Of a stretch of DNA of 64,000 nt, positions 37,973 through 50,224 are shown piece after piece. Positions within the stretch are counted from its first letter, which is position 1, and each line of letters starts with the position of its first letter. The stretch covers positions 64,916,001 through 64,980,000 of the forward strand of contig CM052816.1 in NCBI GenBank assembly GCA_028534125.1. The letters run 5' to 3'. Source of the DNA: Lama glama (Eukaryota). The translations under genes and the position numbers were made by a program. The notes beneath the pieces were generated by a model. That model worked only from the letters and a program-made list of their open reading frames with translations, did not search any database and was not told where the DNA came from.

Positions 37973-40900
37973 TCCAGAGATTCGGGGGTGAGGGTTAAAG
38001 TGGAGCAAAGTATTTAGAGAAAGACAGGAGACACTACAAAGCTATGTACAGGGAACTGTCCGCCATTCTAATTACCACGTATAAAGTCTGAAATTGTCAC
38101 ATGTATTTTTTTGCACAGTAACAAATACCTACATTTATTTGTTTCTATCCAGGAATAGAAAAAGCACAATATTTGGATATTGAAATGGGTAACATTTTGT
38201 TTCACTTCCTGTAAGTATTTGTGAAGCAACAAAGTTATTTTCTATCATAGGTTTACTAAACACTAGATAATGATATTTTAAACAATCAGACATTATTGTT
38301 AAAAAAAATTAGCACAAGAGAAATTCTAGCACAGGCTCTGGGAGGTGGTAGGCATAAATGTACCCCAGAGGGAAAGGAAGGGGAAGGAAAGGGATGGAGG
38401 GCTAAAGGTGATACTTTTAAGTAACATATAAATTACCTTTCTGAGCTTGAAGACCACACATTATAATGGGGAGACAACAAAAGGATAAAATATGTCCATG
38501 TAAAATTGCTTAAGATTCTGAGCAAGCCGTAAGTACAAAGTACAGTAATAAAAAGTTCAGTAAAAAAGGACACAACCACCAGAATCCTGAATTTACTGGA
38601 ACACATACACTCACATTTACAGTCCAGTATTCAAGGAAAAACAAATTTACAAGAAAGTAAAAGACTTGAGTGTTCATGAAATAATAGTGATCATCACCAC
38701 CACCAGTAACAACCCCCTAGGAACATTCTTAGAGAACCATCATCCTTGGTTCCTACAGATCCACAGAGCAGTAACCACTGTTGCTCTACGCGCAGACCAG
38801 AAAGCCACCCGAGGACCTCAGCGGCCAGTTAAAGCCTAGTTCCTCAAAGTAGCAGACTTCCCAGTCCAGATGAGCCGACTGTTTCAAGTCATTAAATCTG
38901 ACACATGGCCAAATGGCTTTGGTTTTAATACCATGGAGTCCACAGTTAACACAAGAAGATGCATTTCTTCAGCAAGAACACCCTAGACGCAACTTAAGAA
39001 TAAGCTAGCACAAAGAGAAGCTTTGTGAGCCGTTAGGCGGTGAGCAAGCAGAGACCAAAGCCTTTGTCTCGATCCTACTCCCTTACTCTCAGTTTACAGA
39101 ACATCACAGGCCAAGGCTGTGAGTCAAACGTGATGACGAAACTTCCCTTTCATCCTCTCTTAAAACCTCACCCTGACATACCTGAGTTGTCCTCCATGGG
39201 AACACAAGAACATCACTTTCCCAAGAGGGTGTTCTATACATTCTGTTTCCCCCTTTCTACCACCAAGCAATTGTTTCTTCATCTTTTCTGGGCTTTATCT
39301 GGTGGTGGCCAATCAACTGATAGAATTAACTAACTTCCATGAACTAATGGGCTAGCCATCAGTTGACTAGGTCATCTGGCCAAGTTAATTACCACTGTCA
39401 ACAGGGCCTTGAAAACACCTCACTCTTTAATATGTGAAAATGACTCTGATAGAAGGTATGCACTGCAGAAATGGGATTAGGCCAGTGGGGCCACACAAGC
39501 TTCTCAGAGCACCTTGAATATATTATACAGGCGACTGCCTGTCCTGCTGAGAGACCTCTCTGTACACAGACAGAATACAAGGAAGAGAGAAGAGAAAGAA
39601 GAAACTTGTCCTAGTAAGTTTTCAGGAAGTTGAACAAAGACAGAATCTATGTAAAACAAAAAAAGTTTTGATAGCATTACAAAGTAACACAAGATGCAAA
39701 TGGATGAGTTATAAGGCCTTTTCCTTCCTGCCTTCAAATACTCTTCCAAAAGTCTGATCTACTGTAAGCTTTCCCCGAAATTTTGATTAAAAGCCAGAAG
39801 GCTTGGCTTGAGTAGCAAAAGAAATAACCTGGGGAGACTTAGACACATGTTCTCCCTTCTCTGCACTCACGTTTTTCCAGTTCCCAGAGTTGGGGCCCTT
39901 AGAGAATGTTTAGAGGGGCCCCTATACATCCCCTGTGCCGCTATCTTTTAAGTCTTTTAATGCATCAAGGCCCCTGAGGGTTAGCGTGATTCTTCTCTGT
40001 ATGAGGATGAACAGGGAGTCTGCTGCAGGTTTTCCCACTGCTTGGGAATTGGCGGTTCTGCCATTGCTCTGGCCCGTGACTTCAAAAAGGCAGGTCATCC
40101 CTGAAGTCCCAAAACCAGAGCCATAGAGTCAGAAGATTCACATTCCAATTCCAGTTCTAACAATTGGTCGCCATGAGGAAGTGGTTGAAATCTTCCCTGA
40201 GCCTCAGCAGTCATCTACAAAATAGGAATTTGTTTCAGCAAAGACCAAATCAGACAGCCTGTGTGGCAGGACACACCACGCAGTGGGGCTCAGTATGTGT
40301 GGGTGATGTGGACATTCATGCTAGGTGTTCTCTGCTTGGGAATTTGATCCATTCATTTATTCTGTTAACAAACATTTTGTTGAGCAGCTAATATGCTCTC
40401 CACTGAGCACTTGTGAGAGCCACTAGACCTATGAGCCATCCCATTGCTACTGGACAGTTTCTATTTTTAAATTCTCTCCCTTCTAGTATTTTCCCTTTTG
40501 GAAAATAGTTAAGAATGTATGTCATGTTTACTTTCTTGAAGTATATCTTTTGGCAACATTTTGGAAAGGAACCCATCCCTCCCTGGGCTTCATTATACCT
40601 CAAAATTCCCACTGTTAGTGGGTTGGTTTTTTTTTCCAAGACATAAAAATCAGCCTGGTCTCTAAGAAGTCCTTCCCTGGGTTTTATAAAAAAGAATTAA
40701 AATACACCTGGACTTTATCAAGCTTGGTTTTCAGGCTGTCATGGGACCCTGGCACTGGTAGGGATAAATTAAATAACTAAGAATGGAAGTTTCCAATAAT
40801 CAAAGAAGAGAAGTGGTAATGAGCAGCACACAAAGGTAACAAGTAAGCAGACACACTGCACACCAGGACTCATCTGGGAATTACTCTGCAGTTCAGATGC

Positions 40901-41992
40901 ACCCCTCCTCATTCCACCACCACTGAAAACCAAAAAAAGCCAAAGCAAGCAAATATCTGAATACAATTTCTGCTCAACTGAGTCTCTGGTTATAACCAAA
41001 TAAAGACAGACTAGTTTCTTTAAAGCTTGGATACAAAGAGCATCTTTCTGTTGGACAACTGATTACCCAAAGCAGTGTGACTTAGTATAAGTTTTGTTGG
41101 TTACAAATGGGCAATAAGGCGTAGATATTTGACACATCACTTTATTCTATTAATTCCAGGAAAATCACATACTGAAGCATCTATTAAAATGGAAAAGTCA
41201 TAGCTGTTCAGACACCAGGGAAGCTAATTTGACAGGATAGAATAGTTTAAAAGCATATTTTTGGTACTACTGTTGGCCAAAAGCATTGATTATACAAAAA
41301 TTAGTTCTGTATATCCATAGTGGCTTCTGATTTCCCTCATCTATATTAATATTAAAAGGAGAATGAGTACCTTTAGAAAATGAGAGAAAAGTGTAGAAAG
41401 TAACATGATTTTCAAGGACTCTCTTCAAATACACATCTTCTCCGTATGCTTGTGAGAAAGAGGAGAAAAACCAGGCCTGTTGGGAGGACATGGTTGGGAG
41501 GAGTTCCTGACCCAAACCTGCATGGGCAAGGCTGCCACTGTACACAGTCCCACTCAGACTCTTTGTGCAGTTTACCTCCAGGGCGATGCAGGGCACAATC
41601 TCTGTGCTGTACACAAAGACCGTATCTACAGGGCATCCGGTGATCCATAAAAAAAGAAAGTGCTCCTAGCCCAGGAAAATACCGTATTGCCCTCTGAGCT
41701 AGTTCAATCCTAATGAGATAAGGCGAAAAAAGAGAAAGTGTTTATTGACTTTAAAATTACTCCAGTAGTTCCACAAATAGCAGCAAAAGAAGTATCTAAG
41801 AATTATAAGAGATTTGATTCTGTAATCACAAGAGAGGAAAGTCTTCCCATTTAACTGATCCTCAGATAAACAAAACCACAGTGGGAACAGCCAGGCAAAC
41901 GGTTTTCCTATCCTCACATCCACACACCTGGTGGAACATATCAGCGGCCAAGAAAACATTCACTAGATTTCCATTGATGAAATATGCCTTAC

Positions 41993-42050
41993 CTTCCCTT
42001 TGGTTGACTTTGAAAACATTAAGCCATATGGTTGAAGTTTTTGTTTCAAC
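41993..42050 (-). other. Candidate 58-nt exon (product unidentified)
   Basis: Minus strand ccatttttcag|GTTGAAAC...AAAGGGAAG|gtaagg; two open frames. Confidence 0.25.
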
Positions 42051-42799
42051 CTGAAAAATGGAGTTGGTACCAAAACATGAGGCATTTGAGAACAAGCCAG
42101 CCTGAAGGTAGGACAAGGGATTTCTATCCAGCCAGATAAATGATACCCCTGGACCTCAATCAGAAGACCGAGCAATATTTATGTCTGAAGCATTCTTATC
42201 TCAAACGGCATAGGGAGCCTGTTTCCCTGGGATGCTCAGGATGTGCTAGAAACAGGATCTCGGAAAAGGAGGCGTGAAAAGGTTGGGACTACCTTCGGGC
42301 CAGGTAACTCTAATCTGGGGCTCTTCTCCTGCCCTCCTCTGGCCATGCCTCCCCATAGGGCTAGGAGTCTGCAGGGTTGGGGGCTATACCCAGCAATCTC
42401 CCTTCTAGACCATTCCCCAGGTTCCCACCACCCTGGACTCCCCTGTCTCAAATGGTCCAAAGCCAGCCTCCAGGGCCATGTGGGTCTTTACCAACCCCCA
42501 AGGGCAGGCCACTTTCCAGCCAGCACATATACCCCTGGGCCTGAGGGGTGACCATGGGCAGCTGTTGGGCCATGGGTGTGGATAAAGCTTGAATGAGCAG
42601 ATTGGTTTGTCCACACATATTCCTACAGTTGCACAGTGGATTCAAGGAAGGAAGAGAAAGGATAAGGCTGCAGAACAGGAGGGTCTCTTGTCCTGGGCCT
42701 GCAAATGTTAGGGGTGGGCCTGGAATGGGATAAATCACAGACTGAAATGTGTGCTACTTTGTAACCCTAGGAAATGTCTTTCTCTCTCCTATCCTCACA

Positions 42800-42921
42800 G
42801 TGATCACATAACTTATTACCTAAACCAGAGCACTGAGTATAAAAGGGACCCTAACCAAACTGGATACCATCTCAATAGGTAAAGCCAAGATTGTCCTGTA
42901 AATTGGGATGTAAAGTCACCC
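42800..42921. mobile_element. hAT-Blackjack element (MER81/MER94-like)
   Basis: Degenerate termini agtgatcacata ... atgtaaagtcaccc. Confidence 0.35.
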
Positions 42922-43575
42922 CGGCCACACCACCCTCCAGGTAGTAGTTTCCCTTAGAATGTTCTCTCACTCCAGCTCAGAGTTCCATAAACAACTGTCA
43001 TCTACTGGCATCCAGGAGTTTCCTTCCCATAAGGTTCTTTTTTCTCCTCATTAGGGAATGTTTATGCTTCGTGCATCCAAGACGTAAATAAACTCCATAC
43101 TTGCCATGGACAACAGACTCTGGGTATATAATACAAAGCATCATATGTAGTTTTAGCTTCTGTTGTTTATCTGCATAGGTTGTTCAATCTGTCAAATGTG
43201 TAGATTGGCATTCTAATAAATGGCATAGAAAATAAAAGGGAAAACCAAAGAAACCAGAGAACCATCAGAAATCTGCAAACTCACTGAAGAAATTTCGATG
43301 CTAGGAGTCCTGCCTGAGGTAGAAAATCAAAGATAAAGAGTAAACTGAACCTTAAGGAAAACACTGTGATGGCCTTTTCTGAAGCCAACCCTATGCTAGG
43401 CCTGGAAATGTGGGATTTCATCAGGACCAGTCAGTGCTTTCCAGAAGTTCACACCCTAGAGGAGAGTGTTTCTGGGAAGGCCTAACGTCACATTTTTGGC
43501 ACCTGGTTAATGTGTCTCCCTTGTTGCTTCTTGGCAAATTCCAGTAGCCTGATTTTAACTCATAGCTGTTGCACA

Positions 43576-43577
<2 letters not shown>

Positions 43578-43617
<40 letters not shown>
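43578..43617. repeat. (AC)20 microsatellite
   Basis: Perfect dinucleotide run read directly. Confidence 0.97.
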
Positions 43618-43623
<6 letters not shown>

Positions 43624-43679
43624 ACTTTGTTCCTCCCATCAGTGCTTCCCATCAGTCTGTCCTACTCTCTGCCATTATT

Positions 43680-43870
43680 TACACTAGTGTTTCTGAAACA
43701 TAACCACTCATCACAATTACCCTGAGAGCCTCCCTAACATACAGATTCCCAAGCAGCAACCCCCAGAGACTGAATCAGCAGGTCTGGGGTGAGGCTGGGA
43801 CATTCCTACCCTTCATAAACAATCCAGATGACTATGAAAGCAAAACATTCTAGCCCCTGGAGAAGCTCAG
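43680..43870. mobile_element. MER5-like hAT DNA transposon
   Basis: atacagattcccaagc...cagagactgaatcagcaggtctggggtgagg...aacaatccagatgac. Confidence 0.6.
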
Positions 43871-44974
43871 CCAGAGCAACCCACGCCGGGATGCTGTCTG
43901 ACCAGGATGCAGCTGTGCCCTCATGATCTATTCTTCCCAGCCCACTCTAACATTGGGGTCTTCCCAGAGATAACTGAAGATGTTCTGTCCAAGACCTGGC
44001 ACGAGGCACCAAGGGGAAAGCTGTCCTTCTTGCCATGGCCAAGCTCTAACCAACTGTCAATTTCAACACGTCCTGGGAGATTTCTGCATTTGTTCCCTTT
44101 CACGAGAAACGATTTGAGCTTTATTCAGAAATAAAAGTATACATAGGCAACAGGATTATGAAAACTATAGACTAGTCCACTCTTTTATTGACAGCCTTTA
44201 TTTCCTAATCCAATGTTAAAACTGTTCCTTTGAATGAAATTTTAACCCATTTCTTTCCCTTCTTTCCCTCCTGCTCCCCATCCTCCACACACCCACACTG
44301 TAATCTGTGAGTTTTTAGTGAAATTAATAAACCTCCAAGAATAGAGGGCTAACCTTTCTAAGAGAACACATCAGCATCTCCAGGAAACCATGTAATTTTC
44401 CTAATTGTGAAAATTAGCCAAGTGTTTTTAAAGGATAAGAAACACTGCTGGCTTCATTTTTAGTTCAGGCAGAAAGTGGACAGGAAGAAACTAATCAATC
44501 AGCTTGAACTTTGTGTTTTGCAAATAGCCTAGCATAATCAGAAAGAAGCCAAGGCTAATATATAAAATTAGAGAAATGCTGTCAGGTAGAAATCCCTCCT
44601 GGTCAATGGAAAGGCTGACCACAGGAATGCAGGCATCAGCCTGGATCCTATGACAGGCAAACCCACAGATGAGTCAGCTGTTGCCGGAGCAGGGGAGGCA
44701 AAAAGAGCCCTACTCCCCTAGCACAGTTCCTAGGTTCAGCATTACCCAGCTCAGGTTCAGCTTGACCCAGTAAAGACAACGGGGCTCTGATTGCCACTTC
44801 CCCTGGGAGCAGCCTGTCTCCAGGGATGTTCTCAAAGATCTCAGGGATTGAGCGTTACAAGAGAGCCCACCGATCTTGACAGAGGAAAATCTCAACATGA
44901 CACAAGGGAGTAAGTTAATGCTAAGCATGATATCCCAGTTCCATCACGTTGATACAGTTTTAAAGGGTATGGAG

Positions 44975-45134
44975 CTTGGAGAGTGGTAGAGCACATGCTT
45001 AGCATGCATGAGGTCCTGAGTTCAATCCCCAGTATCTCCATCAAAATAAATAAATAAGTAGAAAACCTAGTTACCTCCCCTACCAAAATAATTTTTTAAA
45101 TTAAAAACAAACAAAATACAAAAAAATAAGTTAA
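44975..45134 (+). mobile_element. tRNA-Ala-derived SINE (Vic-1-like), 5' end altered or truncated
   Basis: agtggtagagcacatgcttagcatgcatgaggtcctgagttcaatccccagtatctcca; TSD taaagggtatggag (44961-44974) / taaaggatatggag (45135-45148). Confidence 0.9.
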
Positions 45135-47244
45135 TAAAGGATATGGAGATGAAAAGGTAAAAAGAGACAGACCAGAGTCAAACGTGGAAAGTGAACCCAC
45201 TTACTTCCTGAAAACGTGTCAAACTGGGTACTCCTCAATATACTAGTCCTTAGCGTGCTGTTATTTGATTAACTTAAGTCTCATTTCTTGTTTTATCATT
45301 CTTTTCACTAAACTTCAGATAATTTCCCTAACGTAGTTTAAAAGTGAGGCAAAATACATGCCTTCCCTAAATCATGACTCCCATAAATCCTAAGAGAGAA
45401 GCTGTGTATCATTTCATTTGTGTAAACATAAATTTGTCATGAAATAGCTTGAAACAAAGTTTGGAAGAACATGCACAGAGACCTTCCCATTGGTCAGTTT
45501 GGGATGCTATCTGTTCCTGTTACTTAACTCTTTTCTTCTATGAACATTTATTGCTTGTATACTTTTTGAACTTAAAAAAGGAGGTGGAAAATACTGAAGG
45601 TATGTACCAATGGAAGTTATCAACATCAGACATTATAATTACTTGTTTCAAAACTCTAGGAACAAATGGCTAACAGTAGACTTCTGACAGAGGCGATGCC
45701 CCTAATTCCAATTGTTCAAGGGTCAACTGTATTTGCCTGCAACATTATTTTGAAACATAGGAACAAGATGCGCACAAATGACTGCTTGCTTACACTCCTG
45801 AAATAGCCAGTAATTCCACAAATTATCTGCTTGTTGTTCAAGCAGAGACCCTCAAATATAAAGAAATAAGGATGTCTTCTGTCAATGAGTGGGAAAATAC
45901 ATTCATTTAAAAAGTAGTCAGTGTCACAACTGACACTTCAATTGTATACTTCTTGCTTCCATTTTTAATGGAGGCTATCAGGCAAGAGGCAGAAACCAAA
46001 CGTTCCCTAAGGGGATTTAAACTGGCTCTATTAATCTCACTCTGACTTCAAGATAATGTTTAAAAATAAATGGCTGGCTTAACATTTCACAAAAGCTTCT
46101 CTTTAAACATTAATTTTTCTTCTTTGCACCACAAGAGGGAATTCTGTATTTGAGGTCTAAGCCAAGAGCAACTCAACAAGATTGAAATCACCCAAGGCAG
46201 CTTCTACCTCTTCATCTCCGTCAGTGGTTTGCTTGATCGCACTTGAGACCTAGTATCACTTACAACTGTCTTATCTTCAAGATCTGACATTTTGACAAAA
46301 CTCCCTCTAGCTGCCACCTCAAATTTTGTCCACCTTTCCTACTCCCTGCCCCCCATGGAATTTATCTTACCCCTTTGGCTTTTTTTATCCCGGGCTTCTT
46401 AAACTAGGAGATGTATTTCCCCACCTTCATCCCAGTATACAGCTAGCCATGGAAAAACATGACAGATATTTTCTTAGCTGTTTATTTCACTCAATAATAA
46501 GTAGCTTAATACTTACAACAAATACATAACCATAATGGAATTTTAAACATTTTTAAAAATAGAACTCAAGACTCTAGAATTTTCAAAGATTGGGATAGGC
46601 TACTTTGAGCTAAGCCCCCAAATCTTGGAGATGAGCTTCCTTTCTTCTCTGTCCTCACATTCTTGTGACTATTTCACAGGAAAAGTTTCAGAAACATTAA
46701 CCTAGCCTACTCAGCCTCCTCTTGCCTTCACAGCCTCCTCTTAACCATTTCCAAGTGAATTCTTTCTGACCTCTGAGGGCCTCTAGTGCTCTTGACTTTT
46801 CGTTAAAACCCTGAGTTGGACTGACCCAATCTATTTCTTCTTAGTCAATTCCAGTGTGTCACTAGAGAAAGTCCCATAGCAATACCTTATAGAACGGTGC
46901 CACTCAGCCAGTCCCAGGCAGTGGCCATCACTAGACGATCCCCTTTTAATCTCTAATACACATCCAAACTTTCTCCAATTCTTTCATTTTCTCTAGTATA
47001 CTTCCGACTTCCCCAAAGAGCAGCTTCACTGCCCACTCTGCAAAGATGGAAGTGGTTGTAAGTGAGCTGCCTCAACTTCCTCTCCCTGCACATTAAACGT
47101 CATAGGTCATTGCACACAGTCTTTTTCTTCCCTCCAATCTTAAAGCACTGTCCCTATTCTGTTCAAAAAACCAATGCCTGCCACCATGCTCCTGACCCTA
47201 CCTCTGCCAGCCTGCTCCTTCCCCCTTCCTCACTATTTCTTGCA

Positions 47245-47472
47245 TCCATGTCAGGTAGACTTGCAATACAGCACTTTACAAATAATACCTCATTTAATCC
47301 TCACAAGGAACCTGTGAGGCAAGTAGTATGATCATCCCCATTTCGCAGATGAGAAAACTGAAGCACAGCCAACCCAGGTAACCTCCCTATGTCATACATC
47401 TAATAAGTGGCAAAGCCTGATTCCAACCCAGGCAGTCTGGCACCAAAAGTTCAAACTCTTAATTACTACAGT
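47245..47472 (-). mobile_element. MIR SINE
   Basis: ctcatttaatcctcacaaggaacctgtgagg...ccccatttcgcagatgagaaaactgaagcacag...aacccaggcagtctggc. Confidence 0.85.
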
Positions 47473-47789
47473 AGGCTGTCTCTCTTTACACGGCCTAGTT
47501 ACTTTTTCATGCACTGTGTAAATCTAATTATTGTTATTAAATCAAAATTCCAGAACATCAGAACACCTTTACAATTTGATTTTTTTTTCACGAGTTCCTT
47601 GTTGGTTAATACCACCAATTCCTATAAACTACAACTTTCTCATCAGCTTTATTTCCTCTCTCATCCTCAGAACCTATTGCTGCCAAATCCTATTTGGTCC
47701 CCCTCTGAAATGGCTTATTCCCACCATCAGGGCATCATCTCCAGCCTGTTTCACTGGTACACATACACAAAAAAGAGAAAAGTTCAGCT

Positions 47790-48285
47790 ATACATTAGGA
47801 CTATCAGTAAAATTTGGATAATGGTTGTTTATCAATATTAAATTTCCTGACTTCAATAATTTTACTGAAGTTATGTGAAGGAAAGCCCTTGTTTTTAAGG
47901 AACACACACACTGATATATTTCGGGGTAAAAGAGGCATGATGTCTGCAACTTACTCTCAAATAGTTTAGAAACATCTCTTAGTAATATGTATGTGTTGGA
48001 GAATGATAAAGAAGGGGGAGGTGTATCTCAGTGGTAGAGCATGTGCTTTGCATGCACAAGGTTCTGGGTTCAATCCCGAGGACCTTCATTAAATAAATAA
48101 ATAAACCTAATTACCTCCCCCAACCAAAAAAAATTTTTTTAATTAAAAGAAAGATAAAGCAAATGTGGCAAAAATGTTAGCAACTGGTAAACCCAGCTTA
48201 AGGCTATCTTAAAGTTCTTTGACTATTCTTGTAACTTTTTTCCAAATTTAAAATTATTTCAAAATAAAAAGTTTTAAAAAAAGAA
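47790..48285 (+). mobile_element. Old L1 3'UTR (L1MC/L1ME-like) interrupted by a SINE
   Basis: atcaatattaaatttcctgac...gcatgatgtctgcaacttactctcaaat...gataaagcaaatgtggcaaaa...aaattatttcaaaataaaaagtt. Confidence 0.8.
48012..48147 (+). mobile_element. tRNA-Ala-derived SINE (Vic-1-like)
   Basis: ggggaggtgtatctcagtggtagagcatgtgctttgcatgcacaaggttctgggttcaatccc; TSD agaatgataaag (48000-48011) / agaaagataaag (48148-48159). Confidence 0.9.
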
Positions 48286-48291
48286 AAAAGA

Positions 48292-48364
48292 AAACACAAA
48301 ATTGTAAACTGACTATACTTAAGAAAAATATATAAACAAAATAAAAAGAAAGAAAGAAAAAAGA
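48292..48364 (+). mobile_element. Extreme 3' tail of a lineage-specific L1
   Basis: attgtaaactgactatactt followed by an A-rich tail; reverse complement of the tail motif at 10590-10615. Confidence 0.65.
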
Positions 48365-48399
48365 ATCCCAGTCTCTTTGGCATCTCTGGTCATGGCCTT

Positions 48400-48890
48400 C
48401 TCCTGCCTCCCCACTTCCCGATTCCCCTTACCAGAGTGTGAAAGGCTCACCGTGCAGACCCACTAAAGTTCAAAGAACCCAGCTGGCATGCAAAGCAATC
48501 CAGAACCTCTGCCCACGTCCACGCCAACCTCCTGGCCCCTTCCCAACAACGTGCACAAACTCCCTCCCCACTGCTCGGTTCTCCCTGCCCCCTGACCCCA
48601 GGCAATCCACCCCAGCCTCAGCATTTTCCTATATCCAGGCCTTTGAAGAGGCTGTTCCACTTGCCCAGACTAGAACCCTCTTTCCTCCTAAATATCAAAG
48701 TTGTATCTTCCCCTCAAAGCCTAATTTGAATACTATTTCTTTCAAAATGGCTGCCCAGATCCACACACTTGGAATTTGTTCACTTCACCCTGCCCTCCCA
48801 AAGCAGGTGTTTACCTCTGTATAGAGCTTATCTCCATTCAGCCCATGCTGGAAATTTCATGTATGTGTCTTTGATCCAGGAGATTAAGGG
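48400..48890 (+). mobile_element. L2 remnant
   Basis: ctggcatgcaaagcaatcc, caggcctttgaagaggctgttcc. Confidence 0.45.
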
Positions 48891-48938
48891 TCTGCAGAGT
48901 CTGGGAGTTTAAGATTTGCAAATGTTAACCACTATATA

Positions 48939-49019
48939 AAGACACCTACACCCCAATGTTCATAGCAGCACTATTTACAGTAGCCAAGACATGGAAACAG
49001 CCTAAATGTCCATCAACAG
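48939..49019 (+). mobile_element. Young L1 fragment running into the gap
   Basis: MFIAALFTVAKTWKQPKCPST, the L1 ORF2 C-terminal motif. Confidence 0.9.
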
Positions 49020-49519
49020 NNNNNNNNNNNNNNNNNNNNNNNNNNNNNNNNNNNNNNNNNNNNNNNNNNNNNNNNNNNNNNNNNNNNNNNNNNNNNNNNN
49101 NNNNNNNNNNNNNNNNNNNNNNNNNNNNNNNNNNNNNNNNNNNNNNNNNNNNNNNNNNNNNNNNNNNNNNNNNNNNNNNNNNNNNNNNNNNNNNNNNNNN
49201 NNNNNNNNNNNNNNNNNNNNNNNNNNNNNNNNNNNNNNNNNNNNNNNNNNNNNNNNNNNNNNNNNNNNNNNNNNNNNNNNNNNNNNNNNNNNNNNNNNNN
49301 NNNNNNNNNNNNNNNNNNNNNNNNNNNNNNNNNNNNNNNNNNNNNNNNNNNNNNNNNNNNNNNNNNNNNNNNNNNNNNNNNNNNNNNNNNNNNNNNNNNN
49401 NNNNNNNNNNNNNNNNNNNNNNNNNNNNNNNNNNNNNNNNNNNNNNNNNNNNNNNNNNNNNNNNNNNNNNNNNNNNNNNNNNNNNNNNNNNNNNNNNNNN
49501 NNNNNNNNNNNNNNNNNNN
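49020..49519. other. Assembly gap (500 N placeholder)
   Basis: Exactly 500 N. Confidence 0.99.
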
Positions 49520-50200
49520 CTATTATGAGGGAAATGGTACCTCACTGTGGTTTTATTTGCATTTCTTAAATTACTGGTGAATTTGGACTTTTTCCTTTGT
49601 AAATTGCCTATTGATATTCCTCGCTTATATTCTGGGATGCTCATTTTCCAACTAATTCTGTTGAAATTCTTTAAATGGCACAGACATTATTCATTTGTCT
49701 ATGAGTCTTCTATAATGTAAATATTTTTTCCCACGTTCTAGGTCACCTTTTGACTTTTTTCCCTTGGTGTATTTCATGTGGGAAATATTTGTGCATGTAG
49801 TTGAATTTTTTCATGTTTTCCTTTTAAAGTTTCTGCCTTCATTATGTGTTTAGAAAGGACTTCTCCATTTCAAGATTATACACACTCTTCCTACATTTTC
49901 TTCCAGTACTTTTTTGGGGGGGCTTCTTTATTTTACATTTAAATCTTAATTCATCTGGGATTTATTTTGTCATATAGCAATGTGAGAATTTAATTTTATA
50001 TTTTTTCCAGATAGTTTTCCACTTGTCCTGATAATGATTTACTGAATAATCTATCCTTTCCCTTTCAAGTTTTACCTTGAAAAAATAGAATACAAAATTC
50101 TGTGTGTAGATTTTCTATTTTTTCCTTGATTTCTCTACTTCTTTTTTGATCAGCATTACATTATTTTCACTATTATAATATATTTACGTATCTGATATCT
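49520..50200 (-). mobile_element. Old L1 (L1ME-like) ORF2 remnant
   Basis: aaatggtacctcactgtggttttatttgcatttct, ttttacatttaaatcttaattcatctggga, tgatttactgaataatctatcctttcc. Confidence 0.75.
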
Positions 50201-50224
50201 GCAATCATTCTTCTTATCCAAAAG

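Noticed and set aside
43100..43212. Minus-strand exon candidate with a good pyrimidine tract
   Set aside because: All three frames are closed and the donor is weak.
47407..47841. 144-aa ORF
   Set aside because: It starts inside a MIR and ends inside an L1 3'UTR; no recognisable homology.
48946..49644. Long ORFs of 187-232 aa in the track
   Set aside because: Gap artefacts flanked by L1 fragments.
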